From Octopus vulgaris (taxonomy: Eukaryota): a stretch of DNA of 64,000 bases. Each line of letters begins with the position of its first letter. The first letter of the stretch is position 1. The stretch is from positions 101,122,001-101,186,000 of the forward strand of contig OX597819.1 of NCBI GenBank assembly GCA_951406725.2. Direction: 5' to 3'. Positions 32,891 to 46,335 of this stretch are shown here, piece after piece. A program made the position numbers and the translations under genes. The notes below the pieces were generated by a model. The model was not told where the DNA came from and did not search any database. It saw only the letters and a program-made list of their open reading frames with translations.

Positions 32891-33243
32891 AGATTCTCCG
32901 TATTTGAGTAATACAACCTCTCTATTGCCAGCTCAGTTATGTCTGCACTTAAAGCAATACTATCTCTCGAAAAGAAGGTATATATCATACAATGGGAAAC
33001 AACTCGACTTGCTTCCATAGCTGAAAATTAAGTACGCAAAGATTAAGACACTTTATTGGTTCCATCTATGAATGAATCCAGATAGTTCTGTGTTTCTCCA
33101 GTTCTAGCTTTTTCTTCCTTTCCGACAAAATGACAAATATTATTTTTGTGCAAACAAGAACAACTAATTTCTATTAATGACATAATTAATAATATCAACA
33201 GAGCACATCAACAACATATACATACATATATACATACATACAT

Positions 33244-33376
<133 letters not shown>

Positions 33377-33914
33377 TCATTCAACCCATCACACCATTTC
33401 TGTTTGTATTTTAGACATGTTTTGTTGTATTTTGTACGATTGATTTTCATATTGACATAATTTAGTACAGAACATCAAAGAGACCTAAACTATAAGGTTG
33501 TGGTATGGCCCTTCAATCTAAATTGTTTTCTTTGAAAGACTGTTTGTTATATATTCTCAACCGAGAATATCATCAGGTGAACGGTGTGTTGCCGGGCTTT
33601 GAGATCAGAGACTGTAGAACACTAATAGCGTTGATCAGTTTGACAGAATTCCAAGATGAATTCAGGAAGTCTTCACACACTTTCTCCTGCGTCCGTCTGT
33701 CATAGTAGCCACCAGAACTTTTGCCACTGGGTGCACACATTGGTTAACCTATGATCATTCAGAGCCAAAATGCGCGCCTTCCTATGGATCTGCATTTTTA
33801 ACAAGGCCTAAACGCGGTTTTGATCCGCTTCTTCGGAGTCATTGTTAGTAAAACAAACCCACATTTCTACAAGTTGAAGACGATGCAGATGCAGCGCTGC
33901 TGGGTTCACTAATC

Positions 33915-33954
<40 letters not shown>

Positions 33955-35315
33955 CAGTTTGCCTCATCTCCATCACTTTCAGTAACATAGAGTCGAGTCA
34001 AGTTGCTACTATATAATCATTCTAAACGAGTTCCTGCTGATTCAAGTGTGTATACTCCAATTGCTGAGTTTTTGTTTTTTTTTGTCCTTGGAGAACAACT
34101 TCCAGACCAATGTTTATTCGGTAATAGTTCATTGGTGTTTCGATGAACTATTCGATGTTGGTGTATGTCTCCTCAGGCAAAATTACAGTTGATCAATGAA
34201 TCTATCACCACATTTTAGTTCTAGTTTATATGTTTCAGCAAACAATCTATGTACTGATGTGAGCTGATTTCTTGCAACTAATAGTAATACATTTACCTTG
34301 ACATTTCTGTATTGCACCGTAAATAATGGTGTATGCATGCTTTAATATAAACACATGCAGGCATACGCGCGCGCGCGCGTATTTATGTGCCAATGTGTAC
34401 ATACATATATGAATAGTATTTAGGAACTTGACAGGCTTTTTCAACAAAAGAATTACGCTGCATTTCTGTTTTCGTATTTATGGTAAAGTCGATCTAAAAG
34501 ATATCACAGTTTGGAGAAAATAGCCAGACAAATTGATTGCTGAAAAGCACAACTTCTTGAAAATCTTTTAAGTAAAATCGTAAAACATCTTTTTCTCAGC
34601 ATCTTATATCAAACTAATGTTAACGAAATTTGTTTCAAGCTTTAAATAAGATAGGTGGTACTTCCAAACATCGACGGCAGAACTGTTCAGCAGAAGGCTC
34701 ACAAGGCACTTGTAAACTTTTAGAGGTCTAGCACTACTATTTTTTCTTTGCTTGGTCGTGTGTGTATGTGTGCATGTGTGTAGAGAAATGGATTTGTTCC
34801 TCCTTGGGTTTAAGGTAAAACATTTCTGCATTGCGTAATTTTATTTAATAGGACTGTTCCATTATATTGAGCGATTACCTAAGTCATGAACGAAACCCGT
34901 TACTGGCCACCACATGCCTAAGTTCATTGCTGTTCTGCCATGTCAACCATCAATACATTCGGAAAGATGAACTTAGTTCTTTCTTGAATGGAAATGAGGA
35001 TGGATTAGTAAATCGCTAAAAGCGGTAACATATATTAGAATCGTGTAAGACGACATAGTAAATATAACACAAAGACTAGTACATAGTGTAGAATTTATGA
35101 TACTGTGACAGAGAACACTAAACAAATTGATAATTCTAAATTCCCTAACGACGATTCAAGTTAGGATGACAAATACACTTAGAAATTTGTTAAGAAGCAA
35201 CCATTTTGCGGTACTGTAGTGGGGTTTAAAATGGAGTAAACACATACATATATACGCATATATACACACAGGGGCACATATATGTATTTATTTAGATAGC
35301 GATAATATAGGATAT

Positions 35316-35356
<41 letters not shown>

Positions 35357-36260
35357 ATACACATATCTACATAAATACATATATAGATGCATAAATACAT
35401 ATATAAATCATATATATATATATATGTATGTTTATTAATTAGAGTGATAGATGAATATATATGTACAATTAAATATAATACGCACAAACACACTCATACA
35501 CACACACACTCACACACACATATATATTTTGTGTGTTTGCGCATTAGATAGATAGATGGATAGATAGACAGAGTTAAAGATGCCATGATTTCGGAGGATT
35601 TCAGTTAAATTATGTTTAGTTTTGCAATAATTTAAGGAACGGTTTTAGGACGAAATTATTATTGATTATGTAGAATATCTTTAATGAAAGAGACTTGAAT
35701 TAGACATGATATCGTTAATGGAGGATTTATGAATTACGGAGGATACCAATAATCTAGAGAAAGCTATAAATTATCGGTAGGCCCATTAATTAGCGCCAAC
35801 TATAAATTATGGCTATCATGAATTAGCGATATCTCTATAAGAGAATCTTTGAATTACATCTGATAGCTGCATAAGAGAGAATTTGTGAATTATGGTGAGT
35901 TAATTTAATAAACAAAGATTTAGTGGCATCTCTGGTTAGTTTGATTTATGAATATCAATAATGAATTGAGAGGCTGTATTAATGAGAGGAAATAGGAATT
36001 ATGGGGTCGGGGTGATACGCATTATAGAGAGTGTGATATAATTGAGAGGATATAGAAATTATGGGGTATTCGCAAAGATGTGCATCTATAAAATATGGAT
36101 CGTATCCACAAAAGGAAACGAAATCAGTTATGGATTAATGAATACGGGAATAGAATGGATGAAAGGGTATATTTTGTGAAGTATCACAATTATACAGATA
36201 AATTAATACGTATCAACAGTATAGGGGGATGATGTATCTAAGTATGCACATATACATACA

Positions 36261-36326
<66 letters not shown>

Positions 36327-36410
36327 TATACATATATACATATATACTTATATTTGTGTGTATATATATATATATATGTACATATATATGTATACGCACG
36401 CACGCACACA

Positions 36411-36473
<63 letters not shown>

Positions 36474-36554
36474 GTTTGCATATATACATATATGGAGGTT
36501 GTTTACTCCTTATACAAAGTCTGTCCACCTCTTTTATTTGCACCTTAGATCTAT

Positions 36555-37440
36555 CATGGCTTCTGATGTGTCTTTTGAAACCACACAACGTATTGACAAA
36601 ACACCCACATATATTGCATATCCGATTTGAACCACCAAAGAGCTGCAGTTAAGATCTGATTTTTGTGGATTTTAAAATATCTTTTAAGGCGTCATTTAGA
36701 TTTGCAGTCCTTATAGCATACATTGTATTGAAGGCTGTGCACAGATTTATAGGCAGAATAGTAGGTGAAGGTTCGCTTTTCATGAGTTCGGAAATGAGGT
36801 TTGAGCCCAGCAATAGAAAGGCATGGTCTGTCACTAACTGTGCACACGAAAAGATCATTGGGATTCACCTTATCGATCGTAACATTCTTCCTTAAATCCC
36901 TTATGTGTCATACATGCGTTATCCTGGCTTATTCAAATGCTTTTATTCCGCTCCACACTTTTGTTCGCCATCCAGCTCGATCCGAAGGATGGGCTTTTAT
37001 GTCCTCTGGATCCATTCCAAGTGACTTCATGGTTCTTCTTAGGCCAACGATAGGTCTCTTTTTAGGTTTACACCCATAGCGTTTCCTCTGTTCAAGCTCG
37101 CCATAAAACAGCTGTTTGGGTATATGTTTATACGCCATTCGAACAATATGGCCAGATCATGTCATTTAGTTTTTCAGAATCATTGCTTTAATTAAAGTCA
37201 TGCCCGCAGACAGAAAGTACATATGGTTTGGAGAAAAAAAACTCCATGCTTAAAATGGGATGAAGACATGTTTGGTAGAATTGTTCTCACAATTTGAAAT
37301 GTCTGTCATAACACGTCCATGTTTCAGATGAATACATCATGGATGGTAAGACATACGATTTGTAAAGAGCTAACTTTGTTTTGTTATTGATGTGATTGGC
37401 GCCAAACGTGTGACTCCACAGCACCATGTGCTTGTGCTGG
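36555..37440 (-). mobile_element. RTE-clade LINE 3' remnant
   Basis: KTKLALYKSYVLPSMMYSSETW, IPKQLFYGEL, DRAGWR and a terminal C2H2-like GFKRHIRSH. Confidence 0.88.
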
Positions 37441-38236
37441 CCTTTACATATACATGTGTGTGTGTGTATATATATGTATATATGCATGTACAAGTACGAC
37501 TATACGTATAAAAATATATGATAACACACACACAAACATACGCGTGTGTCTGTGTATATCTGTGTATGTATGCATGCTCAAACGTATATATACACGTAAA
37601 TATACACTCACGCGGATAAACACATTAAGAAATCAAGTGACAGTTAAATAAAAATTAAGGAAAATAATTAAGAAACAATATGAGATCCAAAGAGAATTGC
37701 TGAAGGAGACAGAGACAGTCAGAGAGAGGGAGTGCACAAGAGAAAGTGAGTGAATGAAATTGCGAGCATTTTATTATAATTATGTTTGTGGGAGTAAAAC
37801 TAAAGGTGATCCGGTCCGTAGTCATATAAGAAAACAAATAAAATTAGAATACCAAAAACAACAGCACCACAAACAATAACAACAACGATGGCGCCATCGA
37901 TGGTGATGGTACTATCTTCTGCAGAAAGAACAACGAGATCAACAACAAATATATTTCAGAAAAGAATAAACACAAATGAAACTGAAACAGTTAGTATATA
38001 TGACCGTGGGCTTGCAAAAGAAAATTCTTGAAATAGAATAAAATTTAAAAAAGGAAATAGAACTTATAGCTAGATTAGTTAGCTTTATTGGAATATACAT
38101 CTAAATAGTTTGCCATTGTTGTAGTTTATTTCGATAGATACCGAGTGAAAACGATATTCAGCACATACATTTGTTTACTAGAACAAACGCTGTTATTCCC
38201 TCACGCACGCACACACACACACAATGCATATATGTG

Positions 38237-38318
<82 letters not shown>

Positions 38319-38479
38319 TATACATACATATTTATGTATGTATGTATATATATATATATATACAAACACAGTGCATTATTCACTCAGTGACATATGCGAA
38401 AAGACCGAGGCTTCAAAATATACTCAAATACACACGAAGAAACAGGTACATGTTTAAACAAAAACATAATAAAAACAAT

Positions 38480-38574
<95 letters not shown>

Positions 38575-38808
38575 TATAGAGTTCGTAAAAATATTTTTTT
38601 TTAAGACAACGCCTCTGGATATATGAATGTAATTAATTTATTGAACTCCATCAACCACTGGCGTGCTGTTTAATTTCTAGAGAGAAAAAAGTCAGGCAAT
38701 TTGATCTGAAAGCTATCTGAGTTTCCCTTGTATAATATTTTGTTAAAATACTGCACTTTCTTTGTTAGTGATTGTGAGTAACGATGTGGTTTGGTTAAAG
38801 ACACACAC

Positions 38809-38840
<32 letters not shown>

Positions 38841-39339
38841 GCATTCATACATACCACAAATATCAGATTGGCACAAACACAGCTCAGATCGATGTTGTTT
38901 TTGTAGTGTTTCAAAAACTCGGTATACGGTACAGTTAAACCCTTTACAGAAGTTTTATTCATTTATATCTTGTAAGACGTGATTTTGAAAAAAAGTGGGT
39001 AGAACTAGTTATTTTTAAAATATGCTAAATAAGAAAAATAAGATCATATTAGATGTTTGACAACACGAAAACCCGTTTTGCTTGTTTTGTTTCTTTTTAT
39101 CTTTTGAATTCTCCCCTAAAATATTTGTTAATTATAAACTTTTTCGTGGATGAATAGTCACGTGGAGCCACAACACTGTCGTCGATTGAGCTTTCCAAGA
39201 TTCAACGATGTCTTTTTCCAACATTTAAGTATTATAATCACCATCATCATCGCCAAAAACACCATTAACAACGCCCAATCAGCATCAACATTGGAATCGT
39301 GGTCATCATCATTATCATCAACATCATCATAGTCGTCAT

Positions 39340-39993
39340 CAGAAACGTTAGCACGCCAGGCAAAATACTTAGCGGCATTTCCTCTGCCGCTACGATCTGA
39401 GTTCAAATTCCGCCGAGGTCGACTTTGCCTTTCATCCTTTCGGGGGCTATTAAATAAATACCAGTTGTGCACTGGGGTCGATGTATTCGACTTAATCCGT
39501 TTGTCTGTCCTTGTTTGTCCCCTCTGTGTTTAGCTCCTTGTGGGTAGTAAAGAAATAGGTATTTCGTCTGTAATAAAGGCGGCAAGCTGGCAGAACCGTT
39601 AGCACACCGGGCGAAATGCTTAGCGTTATTTTGTCTGCCGCTACGTTCTGAGTTCAAATTCCGCCGAGGTCGACTTTGCCTTTCATCCTTTAGGGGTCGA
39701 TTAAATAAGTACCAGTTACGCACCGGGGTCGATATAATCGACTTAATCCGTTTGTCTTTCCTTGTTTGTCCTTTCTGTGTTTAGCCCCTTGTGGGTAGTA
39801 AAGAATTGGGTATTTCGTCTGCCGCTACATTCTGAGTTCAAATTCCGCTGATGTCGACTTTAATTTTCATCCTTTAGGGGTTCAATAAATTAAGTACCAG
39901 TTATGCACTGGCGTCGATGTAATCGACTTAATCTCTTTGTCTGTTCTTGTTTGTCTCCTCTATGTTTAGCTCCCTGTGGGCAATAAAAAAATA
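39340..39993 (+). mobile_element. Three tandem copies of tRNA-SINE family B (Nin-like core GCCTTTCATCCTTTCGGGGTCGAT)
   Basis: Copies start at ~39340, ~39577 and ~39809; B-box-like GAGTTCAAATTCC. Confidence 0.88.
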
Positions 39994-41109
39994 AGTAACT
40001 TCATCGTCGTCATCGTCAACATCGTTGTTGTCATCATCATAACCACGAAAGATTTGCAGAATACAATATAGTTTGTTTCGCCATATGCAGGCTTTTAGTC
40101 ACAGACTAAATGCAGCAATGCTGATATAATTTCAAATGATCAACAATTTGGTTGATTAAAGTTAAAGTTTTAAGCCAGTTATCTCTTCAGCCCTCATTTT
40201 CGTTTGTCCTTCAGGCATAAGAATAATAGAAAGAACAGCGAGAATATTTCAAATGTTGATAACAAAATGTATAAATGAGCCGATCCAATTTCAATATATT
40301 CTGTTTTTTTTGTAGTTGTCAGTGGTGGCGGTGGAGGTGGGGGTTGGTGGGAGTGGCGGCGGCGGCGGTGGTGGTGGCGGTGACGGCGGTATCAGTGGCA
40401 TTGGTTGTGGTACAACTGCTATTGTCCTTAATGAAGGTGTTCTTGTTACTGTTGGTTAGCCCTAAGCGAGGTTTGATCCTATAAGGTTAAAACATTTCAA
40501 CCTCGAGTTTCTGAGCACCAGCTACTATATTGAACAATTTATCCCCTATTTAATAGAAATAAGGTATATTAGAGGAATTTTGTTTGGGTTTTCCAAGATT
40601 CAACGATGTCTTTTTCCAAGATTTAAGTAATATAACAACCATCATCATCGCCAAAACCACCATTAACAACCCCAACACCACTAACAGCGTTAATGTCATC
40701 ATCATTATCGCATAGTTGCTCTTATATGGGCCTGTTAAAATGGGTAATAAAAATGTTTGCGACAAAGTGTCGGTCAGTATATTTACTGTAATCTGGGATT
40801 TTTAAATTCAGGACTCAATCAGTCAAGAAAAATAGTATATTGAACACACTTAAATAAAACTCTATAATCACCTTAATTAGACTGATATTTTTCTTAACAA
40901 CTAAATCGTAATTTCAGCCATTACTAGATGGCTGTTACTTTCATAATTATAAGTTGAAAGTAACGAGAAATTACTCTCCTCATTGAAAACAGAAATTCTC
41001 TTTTAGAAACCGACTCTGAAAATATTGGTCTGAAAGCTGAAATGGTATAGGCAGAAATGCAAGCATAGGCAATGCTGTTATGAAATTAAGAATTAAAATT
41101 AACATAACT

Positions 41110-41400
41110 ACGAAGCAATTTTAAGAGCAATTTCAATATGAGCAATTTTAAGTGCCATTTTAATAAGAGCAATTTTAAGAGCAATTTTTAAAAGTAATTT
41201 TAACAAGAGCAATTTTAAGTGCCATTTTAACAAGTACAAGTCTAAGAGTCATTTTAAGAACCATTTCAACAAGATCAATTTTAAGAGCAATTTTCAGAGC
41301 CATTCTAACAAGAGCAATTCTAAAAGCCATTTTAACAAGTGCAATTTTAAGAGACATTTTAACAAGAGCAATCTTAAGAGCAGTTTTAAGAGCCATTTCA
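41110..41400 (+). repeat. Minisatellite of mixed 12/15-bp units (AAGAGCAATTTT / AAGAGCCATTTTAAC)
   Basis: About 20 units; explains ORF 41175..41396. Confidence 0.9.
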
Positions 41401-41533
41401 GAAAACTATATCTGTTATGGTTACGTTTTCATTTATTTGCTGATGAATCGAAATGGTGATCTATCTCCGACCTGGCCGCTAACACAACTTTTACAGTTCT
41501 ATGCCTATAAATAAGACAATAAGATGTTGACCT

Positions 41534-41665
41534 GTGTCAGTGTCCAGGTCGCAGAATTGCGATAAAAATTTTGACACTTCAAAAAATAAACGCCAATTAA
41601 ATACATAAGATTTTGTGCTTCTTTTAAATTGCTAAAATGGCTTCTTCATGTTGTAAATTGTTTCA
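41534..41665 (+). mobile_element. Decayed relative of the 2.8-kb PLE terminus with a G3C8-type hammerhead relic
   Basis: GTGTCA/GTGTCCA-G/GTCGCA GAAT TGCGAT/AAAAA TTT/TGACAC; the downstream tail resembles 2840-2920. Confidence 0.6.
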
Positions 41666-42748
41666 ACTTCAAATCATGACTTAAGATCACTTGCTAGAAA
41701 CATACAGATTTGAAATTCCTCGGAAAGAATACTTCACACTTTAAACGTTATACAGTAAATTTAGAAAGATTCACTCATCATAATATGTACAAAATATATT
41801 ACAGTAAGACAAGAATACATTGGTTAAGACAGCTGACGTCTTTCATTTGCTATCGCTGTCTTACGATGTATTTCAAGAAAATAATGTTTAAACCTGCGTT
41901 GCTTAACTTTAATTAAAAGGATTTATCTCTTTACTTTACATAATTGTTACTAACATGTGAATGAGACGAGACCTGATAAAAATAAATACGATGTCGTAAT
42001 AGTTGTTTCTTGTCAGAATTCGTTCTGTTTTTTTTCTATTTAAGATTTGAGTCGACCCAAAATATATATATCTTTTAAAGAAAAGACAATTTCAAACCAG
42101 CGCTTACCATCAAATTTCAATAAACACTGTCTCTCGTTCAGAAATTATTAGAGCTTATCTAATCAAATCTGGTAAAGTTACTACCAGCATGTTTCTAAAT
42201 TCATGAATGACGTTTGTATTCGAGAATTCCATTAGTAAAATCTGCATTCCTTGTCGCAAAATTTCCGTTAGGTTGCCGACAATCTGCTAGCTTTCTAGCT
42301 TGATGGAAAACATTCCTTCTGTTATTCTCGTACCATTGGTTACATATTCCGTAAAGAATTCAAGTCCTTCATCTCTCTTATCATTACTTGCAGAATCTGC
42401 TGTGCACTTTATATAACTATCTCTTTGGAAGCTTTCTTAGTTTATCTACTGTGTGTGATTCAGTAGAATCGGTAGTACCTTAAAAATATTACTTTTCAGA
42501 ATTTGTTCCAAGTCTCTCAGTACAAATCTCAGTTAAATTTGACATTTTGTGTTCGATGAATAAATTTCTGGCCAGCCGTACGGGCAATACTACTAGTTTC
42601 CTTGCCTGTATGCCCCTCTCTTTCTCACTCTCTCCGTCTCCCTCAAACCCACACACTCTCACCGGAATATATTTGTAATCCAAAGCTCCAACTTAATTAC
42701 AGCATGTCGAAAAAGTGGATCTTAACCGAGAATTGTGTTGAAGACTTA

Positions 42749-42793
<45 letters not shown>

Positions 42794-44312
42794 TTATATA
42801 TATATATATATATATTACGGAGATGTACTTGCTCCTTCTAGAGACATGCCTGGCTCATAAGGGTCAGTTTCCCGGTTTCTTTAGCGTATAGGTTCCCCAC
42901 CTGGACGGGACGCCGGTCCATCGCAGGTGAGCTGCAAGATGCAGGAGGAAAGAGTGAGAAAAAATTGTGGTGAAAGAGACAGCAGAAGTTCACCATTACC
43001 TTCTGCCGGAGCCGCGTGGAGCTAAGGTATTTCGGTCATAAACACACATACAGCTCGGTCTGTGATTTCAACCTGTGATCCCTCGACCGCGAGTCCACTG
43101 ATCTAACACTAGGCCAAGTGCCTCCACACATATACGAGCGCGCACACACACACACATGTGAATAGGAAATAGTGACGCAACAAGGCACCAATATTTGCTG
43201 GAAATAGCAGTCGATAACCGTACGACGCTATGTAAAGTTTCACTGAATGTATAGAGGCAAAGATGTGTGCGGACGGCGAACATAAAAAGTTTTCGTTTCA
43301 CTTTCAGGAGAAATGCCAGAGAAATAGACAACCTAGTACTGGAGTTTCGGTAATTTCCATAATATCTTTGTTATCGCAAACACGGTTAGCGTTTGTCAGT
43401 TAGGTTCACCTGAGACACAATTTAAAATATCCGCTACATCAAAGCATATTACACCTTGGTACTTTGTTGTGACATTATTTGCTATTTATAATTCAACCTT
43501 TACGATGCTTATCGCTGGAAAATAATGCGATATATATTTCTGTATATGTATATATATATATTTCTGTATATCATATTTAATGTGGAAATGCTTCAAGAAA
43601 ACCACGGCAGTGCATCTCGTATACCCGTAAAGTATTAAAAATCACAGACAAACCTAAAGCATCAAGCAGCGCAGCTGAAGTGCTGGGTTCTGGATATCTA
43701 CGTAATTACGATTCAACGATGGCAAATACTCACTGCCAACTGTATGCTAAGACAACTTTTGCTTCTGCTAATATAGATGACATACAGCAAAAAAAAAAAA
43801 AAAAAAACTCTAGGGTCACAAATATTTGGCGAGCATGGTAACAATTACTGGCGGCGAGAGTTATTTACTCTTTGATATATAAATATAAATATGTGTGCAT
43901 GTATACACACGTGCGTATAAATATTTTCATAGTGTGCATAAACATATGCACATTCGTATGTATGTATGCATGTATGTATGTACGTATGTACACTTGTATC
44001 TCAGTTTACATCAGCTATTGGGGAGATATGTTTTTCGAGTCCCATCCCCATAGAGTCAAATTTTCGCTTTCGTATATTTATTATTGAAATAGTATAACTG
44101 AACACTAGCGTATATGACTTTGGTAAACAGTAACACACAGTTTTGCCTATACATACATATACACACACACTCACACACATATATATACATACATATCTAT
44201 AGAGAGAAATATGCATTTATATATATATATATATATATACATACATATATATGTGTATATATATGTATGTATATATGTATATATATATATATATATTTTA
44301 TATATGTATGTA

Positions 44313-44352
<40 letters not shown>

Positions 44353-45102
44353 CATGTACACAAACACATATACACACAAATAGACACACATTTAATGTAG
44401 TTATACGCCATCGTTTCCTGGAAGGCGTCACACTTATTTATAAGATTAACTCCGATTATTCGTTTAGCTTTGGCAGCTCCTTGATTTTGGCGGCATTTTT
44501 ATTGGAATCTAGCAATACTGAAAACTTCCTTCAATGAAATATTGTCTCGCAACTTCCTCTGGCGGAGGCTTTCACTGCAATTCCTTCATCCGAAATATTG
44601 GATTGAAACAAACAAAAATAAAGCATAAAATCTGTATAAAAATATCAAGATACAAAAAAAAATGCTCTAAACACAACGAAATATAAAATGTAAAACATTG
44701 TGGAAAAATCAGAAGATGAATTACACACAGGAAAAATGAATTTGTATGTAAATCACTTCCGGTGGGAAAATACACCGTTAATGTCTTTGATATAAATTGC
44801 AGGTTATTTACCTTCTACGCTTGTTTCCATAGCCTTTTCAAATATACAAAGACTATTTTTGTCTAATTTCTTCAACATTTTTTATTACTGCATTTTGCTT
44901 TGTTTATTTTTTTTATCTATTATTATTCTCTTTTAATGTTGTTGATTCTGTTTCATTGATTATGTGGTTACTTTTGTTGTAGCTGAGACTTACTTTTTTA
45001 TTCAAGCGTTCCTTTTTTCACTCTCTCTCATCCTGTTTATCGTATTCACATATATGTAAATATATATTTAAAAATGTGCGTGTGTATGCATATATGTACG
45101 TA

Positions 45103-45157
<55 letters not shown>

Positions 45158-45268
45158 GTAAAAAGTGAAAAACTACAGAAGGCTTGTTTTAAAAGGTTAA
45201 AAAATATATATTTGAGTCAATATGTCTGAAGAATATTATAAATTTTTTCTTACAATGTCATAATTTAG

Positions 45269-45307
45269 AAGAAAGACCGGTTTCGCGTTTAGCTTTTCAA
45301 ATTTCTT
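45269..45307 (-). ncRNA. Inverted copy of the U3A8 hammerhead
   Basis: Exact reverse complement of 48740-48778. Confidence 0.78.
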
Positions 45308-45759
45308 ACGTCGTTATGTTTATGTTGAGCAGAGTTATCGTTATGTTTATGTTGAAAAGAGTTCTACATAAGGGGAGGTAATGAGTGATTTCTTCCGGTG
45401 TAAGGGAGATAATCGCTTAAAATTTTTTGCCTTTCCCTTGGTGTGAATTTCCCTTGCTGTGAATTTCTCTGTATCAGTATGTTGGAATGGTTAAGTCTGG
45501 GCTTGTACTTTTCAATGAAGAATGTTTCCTTGTTTAGTCTAATTTGTGTTGATGATCCGATAGTAAAATGGAAATATTAAAAATTGTGGTAGTAGTTGCT
45601 TTGCGCATTTCTCAATGTGCTCACTAAAAGGTATCATTCTGTATTCTGGGAATGCAATCTGTTGTCGATGCAGTGTGCATCTACGTCTGAGTGATAGTCC
45701 CGTGGATCCCACGTAGTCTTGGTGGCAGCCCGAGCATTTTATGACATAAATTATGTTTT

Positions 45760-46335
45760 AAAAGAAAAACCAAACAACCCACGAACAACCCCCAACTATC
45801 CTCCATACACTAAAAACAGAAATCACCCACAACCAACATTTGCAAACCACGCAAGACTTAACAGGGAACAAGCTGACAGACAACGCGTCTATGAAATAAA
45901 TTACACCAAAAACAGAACACACCAACAATATCCTAATACCAGACCCAACCACCATACAGCACAAAACGACACTAGAATAAGAAATACACCACACACAAGT
46001 CGCTACTACCCCATGAACCAAAATTACTGGTCCCCACTGAACACAAGACAAACGCAAAAAAACACTCTATGTCAAGCAACATCCCACATACAAGCAGTTC
46101 GAAACAAAAATATTTCACATACAGAAATTTTACACACACCACAAACAAAAACAACCATAGATTCCCACACACACACAACAATCGGGGGCAACAATACCAC
46201 CATTCCCCCGACCCAATATCACACAACCTCACAGACAACTCATATAAACAAAATTACACCCAACATTTTTTATCCAGGGACCAGAGACACCAGGACACAG
46301 GCTGGAACCTAGTAATAAGGAAAAACCGAAGATAA
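45760..46335 (+). pseudogene. 3' part of a low-complexity upstream ORF of the PLE
   Basis: Asn/Thr/His/Pro-rich open frames (45719..46312, 46069..46335) overlapping the start of the RT frame. Confidence 0.45.

Noticed and set aside
39340-39993. Regularly repeated blocks resembling a CRISPR array or tRNA cluster
   Set aside because: They are ~220-bp SINE copies without unique spacers or a complete cloverleaf, in eukaryotic DNA with no cas genes.
41175-41396. Amphipathic-looking repetitive peptide (ALKIALVKM)
   Set aside because: Unit lengths of 12 and 15 bp keep the frame open by construction; no splice or start context.
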